IMG/VR virus record: IMGVR_UViG_3300026292_000003
Coordinates: 62,001 to 126,000 of that record
Reading direction: 5' to 3' (one strand)
DNA length: 64,000 nucleotides
Of the stretch, positions 19,403-28,798 are shown in pieces. Position 1 is the stretch's first letter. Each line of letters starts with the position of its first letter. The position numbers were made by a program, and so were the translations under genes. The notes under the pieces were generated by a model. That model did no database searches. It saw only the letters and a list, made by a program, of their open reading frames with translations, and was not told where the DNA came from.

Positions 19403-19479
19403 ATGTGTCCTATCCAATGTGTGCAATCGTCGTGTGGGTCATCGCATTCACTACAAGTAGAGTCTCCAGTATCCTGCAT
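19399..19479 (-). CDS. Putative 26-aa Cys/His micropeptide (MQDTGDSTCSECDDPHDDCTHWIGHI)
   Basis: AAGGA upstream; overlaps the gp15 end; ATGA-coupled to NUDIX. Confidence 0.45.
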   Translation of the reverse strand: MQDTGDSTCSECDDPHDDCTHWIGHI

Positions 19480-20812
19480 TATAGATTCCTTCATAACTGT
19501 TAACCCATTCTGTTCCGTTCCATTCTAATTGATCACTACTTGATAAGTTTGTAACGTATTGTGTATCGGATACTGTACTGCTATCAAAACTAACATTCCA
19601 AGATGAACCGTTGTATTCAATAATGTCATATTTGTTAGCAACTAATCCGCTCCAAGTTGGTGTTGATGGAATAGGATTGATTAATATATAACGTTGTCCT
19701 ATTGCTGAACTAGGAACTGTCCCGTCCCCTGGGTAATTAATTGATGGATCTAAAATAGCATTTACTGCTGATAATGTATTTGTAGGTAAAGTTGAAGTAT
19801 CAATGTCTACAGTTAATAAGTTAGGATTACTTGGGTGTTCATCTAAACGTCCAATAATATCTTCATCTTTAGCTCCTGGGTCTTTTGATTTTCTAAGTCT
19901 TAATTGACTTATTCCAGGTCTTAATACACCAAATGGAGTAAGTTCTTTAGTCCATTCTAAAACGTTTCCGTCATCATCTAAATTACTTCCGTTGGTATTT
20001 AATAGCTGAAGGTCATTGTTCTCATATTTTACTTTTCTGTTTTCATATGTTACAACTGTATATTGTAACGTTTCGTTATTAAATGGTTGTTCAGCTTTAA
20101 ATAGATCTAAGTTTTCATCATCCAAGTTATAAAGTTCACTAATGATTGTGTGAATTAATTTTTGTTGTTTAACCTTTGCAGGAGGATTTATATAAACTGG
20201 TATATCAAATGACATTGTAGCAACATCAATAATATCGTCAATACTTGATCCAACACTTCTTGTACTCCAAGTAGTATTAGTAAGTTCTACGTGAGATAAT
20301 GCAGTCCAGTCTAATGGACTAGCATTTGTTCTAATATCTAATGTAGGATTAAATAAAACAAGCATCTGTTCTAGTAACTGTAATTTTTGATCTGTATTTG
20401 ATGTCCATACGTCTGCGTTCATTTGCATTAAGTATGGAACAGGAGCATGACGCTCTACAGTATAACTATTACCTTTTTCGTTTTTATATTCTCCAGTAGT
20501 TTGGTCGTATTTCTTTTCGTATACCTGAACTTTATCGACATGATCTTGGTAAGTACGTCTTTCAGGTATTAAATTTAAATTAGTTACATAACAACTTATA
20601 AATGGAACAGTATTCATAATGTTTTCACTGTTCTCTCTTGTTATGTGAGCCGCCATTCTGTTTATGTCACCATAACGTACTGGAACTTTATGATATACTG
20701 GAAGACCAGAATCTTCATTTTTGCCCATTTGTACACTGAAGCCACTAAACAATCTTATAAATTGTTGAATGTATCTTCTTATTTGTTTATCATAAAAGTA
20801 TTGTTGGCTCAT
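19451..20812 (-). CDS. T4 gp15-like tail terminator/sheath stabiliser with C-terminal extension
   Basis: YFYDKQIRRYI..F..LFS, VPVRYG, PVPY, QLLEQMLVLFNP motifs. Confidence 0.85.
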   Translation of the reverse strand: MSQQYFYDKQIRRYIQQFIRLFSGFSVQMGKNEDSGLPVYHKVPVRYGDINRMAAHITRENSENIMNTVPFISCYVTNLNLIPERRTYQDHVDKVQVYEKKYDQTTGEYKNEKGNSYTVERHAPVPYLMQMNADVWTSNTDQKLQLLEQMLVLFNPTLDIRTNASPLDWTALSHVELTNTTWSTRSVGSSIDDIIDVATMSFDIPVYINPPAKVKQQKLIHTIISELYNLDDENLDLFKAEQPFNNETLQYTVVTYENRKVKYENNDLQLLNTNGSNLDDDGNVLEWTKELTPFGVLRPGISQLRLRKSKDPGAKDEDIIGRLDEHPSNPNLLTVDIDTSTLPTNTLSAVNAILDPSINYPGDGTVPSSAIGQRYILINPIPSTPTWSGLVANKYDIIEYNGSSWNVSFDSSTVSDTQYVTNLSSSDQLEWNGTEWVNSYEGIYNAGYWRLYL

Positions 20813-21879
20813 TTTTTGAAATCACTTTTTGGTTTAATAACTTGAGATAGAGGCTGACGTTCTGGAAATTCCTGATCGTCAATAATTGTTGTAGCCTTGT
20901 TATTGATAAAGCTACTAGCATTATAAGTTCTATCACTCCAAGTTTGTTCAGTGACATTATCATATAGTCTATGCCACTTACTTCCACGCCTTACAAATAA
21001 TCTATTAGGCGTAAAGTCTGTTCTAATAAAGTATTCACCTTCTTTCGGGTTAGCTGGAAACTGGTCACCTTGTTGTAAAGTTTCACCATGTTTGTATTCG
21101 CTGTCAACTTCTTCTTGACCAAATAAATGTTCTGCAAGTGGTAAACCTAATGGATCAGCTTCTTCGGCACTTTTCACAATAGCATTACTAATATTAAGTT
21201 CTGTTTTATAAGCACTAACTTTATTTTTAAGGCTATCTGGATCTTTAGCACTACCAAGTATATCTTTGTATTCTTGTGTATCTGTTAATGGTGCTACTTT
21301 AATTCTCCAAATGTGTGGGTACCAAGTTTGTGAAAATCCTTCACTACCCCTTGCGGCATCTTGAACTACATAAAACTTATTAATAGCATCTCTATCGTTG
21401 CTTAATAATAGTTCATCTCTAAGGTGAGGTAATTCAATAACATCTCCTGGCATTAATCTTCTACCAAGTCTTTCTACCATATCGTTTATATGAAAAGATA
21501 TAAACAAAGTATCGTTAGTTAAAAATAAACCAAATTGAGTTAAGTCAAAGTCGTTATCACTAACGTTATACACGCCACGAAGTTCAAAAATATCAGGATC
21601 ATATTTACGATCTCTGTTTTCCATAAACAGTAAGTCTTGTATGTTAGTTTCATCAATTATACCTTCTGGATTTACTTCTTCACTTGTTACATTATCTATT
21701 TCCATACCACTGCCGTAGTTCGGCTCGCTAGGATCATTGTTGCCTTGTTGAGGTTGTGGACCCAAATACTTGTGAACGTGTATAGCCGTACCGCCTATAT
21801 CGAACTGTTCTCGTATAGTTCTGTCCATGAATTTGTAATCATTACCTTTATAAGGCTTATATAGTGTAAAACGTGGCAT
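20809..21879 (-). CDS. T4 gp14-like neck/head-closure protein
   Basis: DLLFMENRDRKY, DLTQFGLFL, PGDVIELPH; adjacent to gp15; minus-strand late promoter CATAAATA at 21901-21908. Confidence 0.75.
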   Translation of the reverse strand: MPRFTLYKPYKGNDYKFMDRTIREQFDIGGTAIHVHKYLGPQPQQGNNDPSEPNYGSGMEIDNVTSEEVNPEGIIDETNIQDLLFMENRDRKYDPDIFELRGVYNVSDNDFDLTQFGLFLTNDTLFISFHINDMVERLGRRLMPGDVIELPHLRDELLLSNDRDAINKFYVVQDAARGSEGFSQTWYPHIWRIKVAPLTDTQEYKDILGSAKDPDSLKNKVSAYKTELNISNAIVKSAEEADPLGLPLAEHLFGQEEVDSEYKHGETLQQGDQFPANPKEGEYFIRTDFTPNRLFVRRGSKWHRLYDNVTEQTWSDRTYNASSFINNKATTIIDDQEFPERQPLSQVIKPKSDFKK

Positions 21880-21900
21880 ATGGTTTTCCTTGTTATGTTG

Positions 21901-21940
21901 TATTTATGCCTTTTGATACTAATATGATTATGGATAAATA
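21901..21940. promoter_or_regulatory. Divergent pair of late promoters
   Basis: TATTTATG (minus-strand CATAAATA) at 21901 and GATAAATA at 21933. Confidence 0.7.
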
Positions 21941-21972
21941 TTATATACTCACATAATATAAGGAATCACAAT

Positions 21973-22941
21973 ATGTTTAGATTTTATACAGAAAGAAAAT
22001 GGGCGTTATGGGCTTGGTTAGGTTCAGCAATCATTTTATCATCTTTATGGGTTCAAGTAAAAATTGACGTTAAAATCAATGAATGGTTTGGTCAGTTTTA
22101 CGATATGATCCAAAAAGCACTGGCTACACCTAATGCAATTACCATAGGTGAATACTGGGCCAGTTTATTATCTTTTATTACACTAGCAGGAATATATGTA
22201 GCACTAGCAGTAGCAATAAGTTTCTTTACAGCTCACTTCTTGTTTAGATGGAGAACTGCAATGGTAGAATGGTATCATGCAGTTTATGATAGAGCAAGAA
22301 AAATAGAAGGAGCGGCACAAAGGGTACAAGAAGATACTATAAAATTCTCTAGAATAATGGAATCACTTGGTACAAGTTTAATTGAATCAATTATGGTTCT
22401 TGTGCAGTTTGTTCCAATCTTGTTAGGACTATCAATAGGTATACCAATATTCTTTTTTGGTGATTGGCAATATGGATTAGTTACGGGTGCTATTATTTGG
22501 TCCGTAGGTGGTACATTATTTTTAATTGCATTAGGTTGGTTACTAAGATTAGTTGGCGTTGAATATGACTTGCAAAAGAAAGAAGCCGCTTATCGTAAAA
22601 TACTTGTTATAGCAGAAGATGACGATAACGTCAGACCTAAAACAATAAATGAGTTATTTGATGATGTTAGGAAAATTCATTTCTTATCATATATTAAATA
22701 TCTTTATTTTAATATTGGTCGTATTGCTTATTTACAAGCAAACGTTTTAAGTGCCTACGTATTTCTTGCACCAGCCATTGTAGCAGGCGTTGTTACATTA
22801 GGTGTGATGCAACAAATAATTAGAGCATTTGGTCGTGTAGAAGGAAGTATGCAATACTTACTTAAAGCATGGCCTACAATTATTGAATTAATGAGTGTAT
22901 ATAGACGTTTAAGAGAGTTTGAAAAACAGATTACTAAATAA
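21973..22941 (+). CDS. sbmA: SbmA/BacA-family peptide transporter (TM domain only)
   Basis: INEWFGQFYDMIQKAL, FRWRTAM, IEGAAQRVQEDT, EAAYRKILV, W.TIIELMSVYRRL. Confidence 0.9.
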   Translation: MFRFYTERKWALWAWLGSAIILSSLWVQVKIDVKINEWFGQFYDMIQKALATPNAITIGEYWASLLSFITLAGIYVALAVAISFFTAHFLFRWRTAMVEWYHAVYDRARKIEGAAQRVQEDTIKFSRIMESLGTSLIESIMVLVQFVPILLGLSIGIPIFFFGDWQYGLVTGAIIWSVGGTLFLIALGWLLRLVGVEYDLQKKEAAYRKILVIAEDDDNVRPKTINELFDDVRKIHFLSYIKYLYFNIGRIAYLQANVLSAYVFLAPAIVAGVVTLGVMQQIIRAFGRVEGSMQYLLKAWPTIIELMSVYRRLREFEKQITK

Positions 22942-22958
22942 TCATAGAGGAGAGATTT

Positions 22959-23453
22959 ATGAAATCAGTTCAATTACAAGTAGCTTCAGACCATAGAGGT
23001 ATGGAGTTAAAAGATCAATTATCAAATTGGTTAACACCTGTTGACGAAGATGTACCTACTAAATTTGGTATAGATTTATTTCACGATATAGGAATTTACG
23101 ATGATAAGAAAAAAGTAGACTATCCTCGAATAGTACAAATGTTCTGTAAGGATATATCTACTCCTGATAAAGTAACTGCAGGTTGGACAGTATACAATAA
23201 AGGAATACTTATTTGTGGATCTGGCTATGGAGTTTCTATAGCGGCCAACAGGCATCCATATGTTAGAGCAGTAGTTTGTAGAACTGCTAAAGAAGCAGAG
23301 ATGTCACGTAAACACAATGATGCTAATGTACTATGTTTAGGTGCTGACTTTACATCATTAAACCAAGCAAAGAAAATATGCGAAGCATTTTTTACTACTG
23401 ACTTTGAAGGTGGAAGACACTTGAAAAGAATAAAAAGTATAAGCACATACTAA
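22959..23453 (+). CDS. rpiB: Ribose-5-phosphate isomerase B (RpiB/LacAB)
   Basis: ASDHRG, VDYP, GILICGSGYGVSIAAN, SRKHNDANVLCLG, FEGGRH..R. Confidence 0.93.
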   Translation: MKSVQLQVASDHRGMELKDQLSNWLTPVDEDVPTKFGIDLFHDIGIYDDKKKVDYPRIVQMFCKDISTPDKVTAGWTVYNKGILICGSGYGVSIAANRHPYVRAVVCRTAKEAEMSRKHNDANVLCLGADFTSLNQAKKICEAFFTTDFEGGRHLKRIKSISTY

Positions 23454-23454
23454 T

Positions 23455-23826
23455 ATGATATTAATATTATTAACAACTTTTTTATTATGGGCTATATTAG
23501 TTTATATAACTTATTCTGCAACCGGGTTAACACGTGTACGAGAAGTGTACACAATGTGGTTCGATAAACAATATTGGAAAAAAAGATATAATGTTGTTGA
23601 AGCACTAGCCTGGAGCGGAAAGTTATTAGTTATATTGCCTGCTATATTCTTTGGGTATGAAGTATGGTGGGCTCATATAATTACACTAGCAACATCTGCT
23701 CTTTTAATATGGGTTAGTGAACAAAAACTATTACCTACTCTTTTAGCATTTAATACATTATGGATAGGTATAAGTTCATATATATTAGTTAGATACTTTT
23801 ATACAAATTATTGGATGATACAATGA
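23455..23826 (+). CDS. Hypothetical multi-pass membrane protein
   Basis: About four hydrophobic segments. Confidence 0.65.
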   Translation: MILILLTTFLLWAILVYITYSATGLTRVREVYTMWFDKQYWKKRYNVVEALAWSGKLLVILPAIFFGYEVWWAHIITLATSALLIWVSEQKLLPTLLAFNTLWIGISSYILVRYFYTNYWMIQ

Positions 23827-25031
23827 AGATATGCATAATTGGTGGCGGAACAGCCGGTTGGTGGTGTGCAGGTTATATGGAAAAGTTTTTACCTGACGCA
23901 GAACTAACACTTATAGAAAGTGATCAAATTCCTACAATAGGAGTAGGAGAAGGAACACTTCCACAGATTGGTGTATTTTTTGAAGAACTAGGCATTCCAG
24001 AAAAAGAATGGATGGATGGTTGTAATGCAGTTCACAAATATGGTAACATAAAATATGAATGGGATGAACTTGGTGCAGATCCATACTTAATGACATTCTG
24101 GCAAAACGAACCAAAGTCATTATTTAATGATTGGTATCAACAATACAAGCAAGGTAAAAAAGTTAGAGATGATATTAATCCAGACTTATATGATAAAGAA
24201 GGTTGGAGAGCAGTAGCATATCATTTAGATGCTAATCTTGCAGGACACGTTGTACGTGATCATTGTAAACGTGTTAATCATGTTATTGATACATTAGAAG
24301 AACTTCCTCCAGGATATGACTTATATGTAGATGCTACAGGATTTCGCAGACAGTTTGTAAAAGATAAAACTGAAGAAACATTTAGTGAACATCATAAAGT
24401 TAATCGTTCTTGGGTTAGACCATTAGAGTTAGAAGATGAAATTACACCATATACAAGAACACTAGCTAGACCTGACGGTTGGCAGTTTATGGTAGACTTA
24501 CAACATAGAACAGGAACAGGTTATGTTTTTAGTACTGATTTTGTAAGTGAAGAAGAAGCATTAGAAAAGTTTAAAGGATGGACTGCACATAGAACTCCTT
24601 TTAAAGGTATAGAACCACGACTACTAAAATGGAAACCTGGAGTATTAAAGAATCCTTGGGTAGACAATGTAGTCTCTATTGGACTAGGTCAAGGATTTGT
24701 AGATCCATTAGAAGCAAATGGATTATTTTTAGTGCAATACAGTATTACGTTATTAGTAAGATGTATACTAAAAGGTTCATCACCAAAAGCATATAATAAG
24801 GCAATAATGAAAGTACAAAAAGATAATTCAGACTACATATTACATCACTATATGTTAAGTGATCGTACAGATACTGAATTTTGGAAATACTATAGTAAGT
24901 TTGATGCAAGTAAAACTCTATGGGAAAGCTATACAAAGAATTCTAACAAGTATACTAGTCTATATCCTGATGCAATATGGGCATCTTTGGGCTTATATTT
25001 TGACAATTTTAAGCATTATCCAGGAAAATAA
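23823..25031 (+). CDS. Flavin-dependent tryptophan-halogenase-family protein
   Basis: IIGGGTAGW, IGVGEGT, catalytic-Lys region AVHKYG, VDATGF, GFVDPLEANG. Confidence 0.88.
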   Translation: MKICIIGGGTAGWWCAGYMEKFLPDAELTLIESDQIPTIGVGEGTLPQIGVFFEELGIPEKEWMDGCNAVHKYGNIKYEWDELGADPYLMTFWQNEPKSLFNDWYQQYKQGKKVRDDINPDLYDKEGWRAVAYHLDANLAGHVVRDHCKRVNHVIDTLEELPPGYDLYVDATGFRRQFVKDKTEETFSEHHKVNRSWVRPLELEDEITPYTRTLARPDGWQFMVDLQHRTGTGYVFSTDFVSEEEALEKFKGWTAHRTPFKGIEPRLLKWKPGVLKNPWVDNVVSIGLGQGFVDPLEANGLFLVQYSITLLVRCILKGSSPKAYNKAIMKVQKDNSDYILHHYMLSDRTDTEFWKYYSKFDASKTLWESYTKNSNKYTSLYPDAIWASLGLYFDNFKHYPGK

Positions 25032-25096
25032 ATCAACAAAAAACAAAAAAAGATGTAAGTCCTTGATTTTTAAGGGTTTTTTTCTGCTGAATAAGG

Positions 25097-25125
25097 TTGA
25101 CATATAAGACGTCTTACTGTAAACT
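25097..25125 (+). promoter_or_regulatory. Sigma70-like early/middle promoter
   Basis: TTGACA-N17-TAAACT. Confidence 0.75.
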
Positions 25126-25156
25126 GTAAGTATAGTTAGAAACAAAGGAGCAATAA

Positions 25157-25510
25157 ATGATGAAATATAAACTTTTTCAAATCCACGTTACAAAAGCAGA
25201 GCATGATAAAATTAATGCTGAAGGTCACGATTCTGTAGAAAAGCATAAACTTAAACTTGATATGTCTTTCGCTAGAGATAAAACTTCATCGATTGCTAAA
25301 GAAGCATTTGATAAAGGTTATTACACACACGTTTCAAATATTACAACTGAAAAAGGTCTTGAAGGTGTATTTGAAGTAGGTAATATTGGTCCAGAAGAAA
25401 ATATTGAAAGACTTCACCCTATGTATTCAACTTCAGTAGGTGATATTGTTGTTGATCCTGAAGGCAACAAACACGTTGTTGCTAGTTATGGTTTCCAAGA
25501 GGTAGAATAA
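25157..25510 (+). CDS. Hypothetical early protein (YodL-like S.SVGDIVV motif)
   Basis: AAGGAG RBS; MYSTSVGDIVV...V..YGF. Confidence 0.55.
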   Translation: MMKYKLFQIHVTKAEHDKINAEGHDSVEKHKLKLDMSFARDKTSSIAKEAFDKGYYTHVSNITTEKGLEGVFEVGNIGPEENIERLHPMYSTSVGDIVVDPEGNKHVVASYGFQEVE

Positions 25511-25704
25511 TGAAACTACAGCCTGAAGAAGTCGTTGAGGCTATTGCTCGTTTAGATCACGAAAGCAAACAAGAATTCGCAAACATTTTAGTAACTAAAT
25601 GGTCCACACTTGCAGGACACATATCATCTATGATTGACATAGAACTGCAAGATAAAGACGTAAACAGCCATTTTTCTGCTAAAGATGATATATACAAAAA
25701 ATAA
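25510..25704 (+). CDS. Hypothetical protein
   Basis: TAATG coupling, GAGG RBS. Confidence 0.55.
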   Translation: MKLQPEEVVEAIARLDHESKQEFANILVTKWSTLAGHISSMIDIELQDKDVNSHFSAKDDIYKK

Positions 25705-25720
25705 CTAAAGGAGATTTCTG

Positions 25721-27028
25721 ATGGGACTACTGAAGTCCACTAAAAGAAAGAAGCCAAGAGCTTCAGTATATCGCACACCTAAATCCAAACTACAAGAACC
25801 TAAATGGGATGGTTGGGAAGAATGGTCTGGCGAACAATTTCATAGAGCATCTAGTTCTGCTAATAGTTGGTATTATGAACATTATAATTCTAGTGAACTA
25901 CAAGAACATATATGGCCTTGGATGTTAGCTAATGGATATGACAAACAAGATATTCGTAAAGCTAAAGCAGGTTCAGTTCACTTGTCAGCAGTAGTAGGCT
26001 ATAATTGTAGACAGCTAACATTAGGTAAACCGGATTATAATGAGAAAGAAGATCAGTATTGGGATAGTTTACCAGGTACAATGGGTAAAATGAAACCTAC
26101 TTCTGAATTTCTACATAAACAAATTAAAAAAGCAATGGCAGATGGTGCAGAAAAAGTAGAAGAAGCAGAAAGAAAAAAAGCTGAAGAAGAACGTAGGGAG
26201 AAATTAAAGAAAACTCCTAGTATACAAGATCGTCTTCGTCATGCTTCTTTAGAGATGACTTTGCCAATTGAAGAATTTTTAGATAAATGGTATAATGAAT
26301 ACGATAAAAAAGTATTAGATGAATTTGATCCTGCTAAACTGTTTCGTAGGTTAGGAGTAAAACAAGCTCATGCTCGTATCATAAGAGGTTATTATGCTCC
26401 AGGCTTAAAAGAAATGGAAGATTTAAATAGTCCTCCAACAAAAGCTGAACTTGATAAAATGGAAGAAAAAGAAAGAGACCTTGCAGAGCAATTACAAGAA
26501 GGATATGATCATTTAGATCCTAAAAAGAAAAAATTAGCTCTACAATGTTTTAGAAAAATCGTAGATGCTTGTGATATCCTTGAAGCTGAAGGAAAAGCTA
26601 ATCGTAAAACACGTAAAGTAAAATTAAAGAGTCCAGAAGATATAGTTAAGAAGCTTAAATTTAAGCAAAGCGATACTACACACGGTTTAGCTAGTGTAGA
26701 ACCTAGTAATATACCTTATACACGTATCTTAGTAGTGTTTAATACAAAGAATCGTAAGCTAGGTGCTTATTATGCTAAAAATGTAGATCCACTTAATGCT
26801 AAAAGACCTGGTACAGGGTTAAGTGTTAAAGGAACTACAATAACAGGGTATGATGAGACTAAAAGTGTACAAATGACACTACGAAAACCAACAGAATTCT
26901 TACCAGAGATCAAAAAAGCTACTAGACATAAGTTTGAGAAGCAATTTGAGACCCTTAAAACAACCCAAACTAAACTAAACGGTAGAATTAACAACGAGAC
27001 CATCCTATTAGCCTGCTACGATAAGTAA
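25721..27028 (+). CDS. Hypothetical basic protein
   Basis: AAGGAGA RBS; C-terminal FNTKNRKLG..LSVKGTT..TLRKP..LNGRIN. Confidence 0.7.
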   Translation: MGLLKSTKRKKPRASVYRTPKSKLQEPKWDGWEEWSGEQFHRASSSANSWYYEHYNSSELQEHIWPWMLANGYDKQDIRKAKAGSVHLSAVVGYNCRQLTLGKPDYNEKEDQYWDSLPGTMGKMKPTSEFLHKQIKKAMADGAEKVEEAERKKAEEERREKLKKTPSIQDRLRHASLEMTLPIEEFLDKWYNEYDKKVLDEFDPAKLFRRLGVKQAHARIIRGYYAPGLKEMEDLNSPPTKAELDKMEEKERDLAEQLQEGYDHLDPKKKKLALQCFRKIVDACDILEAEGKANRKTRKVKLKSPEDIVKKLKFKQSDTTHGLASVEPSNIPYTRILVVFNTKNRKLGAYYAKNVDPLNAKRPGTGLSVKGTTITGYDETKSVQMTLRKPTEFLPEIKKATRHKFEKQFETLKTTQTKLNGRINNETILLACYDK

Positions 27029-27067
27029 AATCTGATAAATACAATACGTAGTAGGAGAAACTAACAT

Positions 27068-27808
27068 ATGGCGAATGCATTTAACAAACTTCAAAAAGAA
27101 ATAGAACTCCGTATGGGTGGAGGAATGATTGATGTTGAGCTAGATCCTGAACATTATGAACTAGCAATAAACAAGTCATTACAAAAATACCGTCAACGTG
27201 CAGAAAATGCAGTTGAAGAGAGTCTAATGATTCTTGAAATAATTGAAGGCCAAGCAGAATACACATTACCAGAAGAAGTAATGGAAGTTAAAGACATTTA
27301 CAGACGTACAACAGGCGTAAGCAGTGGTACTGGTAATGACATCGAGCCTTTCCAGGCGGCATACTTAAATACATACCTATTAGGTAGTACACGTAATGGT
27401 GGATTATCTAGTTTTGATTTTTTACAACAAAATAGAGAAACAATGGGTAGACTATTTGGTGCAGAATTATTGTTTACTTGGAGACCTCAAGATAAAAAGT
27501 TAATCCTACATAGAAAAATTAAAGCAGATGACAATGCAGTTCTGCATTGTTACAATTATAGACCAACTGAAAGTCTATTAGAAGACACTTATGCGGCTCC
27601 GTGGTTAAAAGACTATGCCTTTGCTCATGCTAAAATGATTTTATCAGAAGCACGTGGTAAGTTTACACAGATAGCAGGACCACAAGGTGGTACTACAATG
27701 AACGCAGATCAATTAAGAGCTGATGCCCAGGCTGAAATTGATAAACTTGAACAAGAACTAACATTGTACAATGATGGTAGCACAGGTTTAAGTTTTGTAA
27801 TAGGGTAA
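27068..27808 (+). CDS. T4 gp13-like neck protein
   Basis: GGGMIDVELD, WLKDYAFA.AK.IL..ARGKF..IAGPQGG..MN; late promoter GATAAATAC 27034. Confidence 0.85.
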   Translation: MANAFNKLQKEIELRMGGGMIDVELDPEHYELAINKSLQKYRQRAENAVEESLMILEIIEGQAEYTLPEEVMEVKDIYRRTTGVSSGTGNDIEPFQAAYLNTYLLGSTRNGGLSSFDFLQQNRETMGRLFGAELLFTWRPQDKKLILHRKIKADDNAVLHCYNYRPTESLLEDTYAAPWLKDYAFAHAKMILSEARGKFTQIAGPQGGTTMNADQLRADAQAEIDKLEQELTLYNDGSTGLSFVIG

Positions 27809-27819
27809 AAAGGAATATT

Positions 27820-28125
27820 ATGATTATAACAATAGTAGGTGAGCAAGATTTTGTAAAGACTTCAGGAACTACAGTAAATGGTGCTAAAAGAGTTTATATA
27901 TCTTGGGTAAAAAGTTCTGTTGATCCAGAGAGCAAGTTTGTTGAACATAAAAGATTAAAAGATCAAAATTTACCACATGATGAAGAAACAAATCCTTATG
28001 AATCAATTGGTAAAATATATATAACTAAACAAGCACCAGTTATCTTACAAAAACATCCAACAGATATGCTTTTTGCAAATACTGGTTCAGCACATATATC
28101 AGCTACACCAATTTTTGACAGATAA
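27820..28125 (+). CDS. Hypothetical protein
   Basis: AAGGA RBS, 101-aa ORF. Confidence 0.55.
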   Translation: MIITIVGEQDFVKTSGTTVNGAKRVYISWVKSSVDPESKFVEHKRLKDQNLPHDEETNPYESIGKIYITKQAPVILQKHPTDMLFANTGSAHISATPIFDR

Positions 28126-28140
28126 TAAAGGTTTTATTAA

Positions 28141-28767
28141 ATGCAATTATCAAAGCACCACGTAGTAGTGGATGAGATCACATACGATCAAACCGCACTA
28201 CGACAATTATATCAAAAAATGGCTCATTGTGCATTAGAATGGAATGAGTATAAAACTGCAATTAAAGATCGTATAGGAGAAACACATATACACCAAGGAA
28301 GAACTGACGGATTTAAAGGTAGATTAATGGGTGTATATAGTCCTGCATACGAAGGTAAGCATATGGGCGAGTACGATGAAGTAAAAGATATAGTAAGTAA
28401 ATTTAATTTTTTAAAACCCTTAGGCAATGATGATATTACATTTATGTATTATGAGCCAGGGTTTGTTTTTAAACCACACACTGATAGACAAATGCATTAT
28501 AATATTATGTTACCTATATTACCAGACGATGGTTTCGAAAAGATTACGTTTTGGGAAGGTACAGATGCAGAAAGAGATAATCCAAGAGGTAAAGAATATA
28601 CATATGAGTACAGCCATACTCATCCTAGCATTTTTAATGGCAAAACCCTGCATAGTGTAGAAGAGATTAAAGAAGAACGAGTTATGTTTAGAATTAAAAT
28701 TACACATGAAACATTTGAAGAAATGATAGAAAGATATAAAGCAGGAAAATTTATTAATAATACTTGA
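28141..28767 (+). CDS. 2OG-Fe(II) oxygenase-like protein
   Basis: PHTD...IMLPI...LHSV...RVMFRI. Confidence 0.7.
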   Translation: MQLSKHHVVVDEITYDQTALRQLYQKMAHCALEWNEYKTAIKDRIGETHIHQGRTDGFKGRLMGVYSPAYEGKHMGEYDEVKDIVSKFNFLKPLGNDDITFMYYEPGFVFKPHTDRQMHYNIMLPILPDDGFEKITFWEGTDAERDNPRGKEYTYEYSHTHPSIFNGKTLHSVEEIKEERVMFRIKITHETFEEMIERYKAGKFINNT

Positions 28768-28792
28768 CAATCAGCATAAGATTTAATATAAT
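28764..28792 (+). promoter_or_regulatory. Consensus sigma70 promoter, leaderless geometry
   Basis: TTGACA-N17-TATAAT; ATG begins at the 7th nt after the -10 box. Confidence 0.85.
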
Positions 28793-28798
28793 AACATT

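Noticed and set aside
21973-23453. SbmA and RpiB as evidence of host chromosome or a prophage boundary
   Set aside because: They have a phage late promoter, the same codon style including GCWGC avoidance, and are flanked by phage neck genes.
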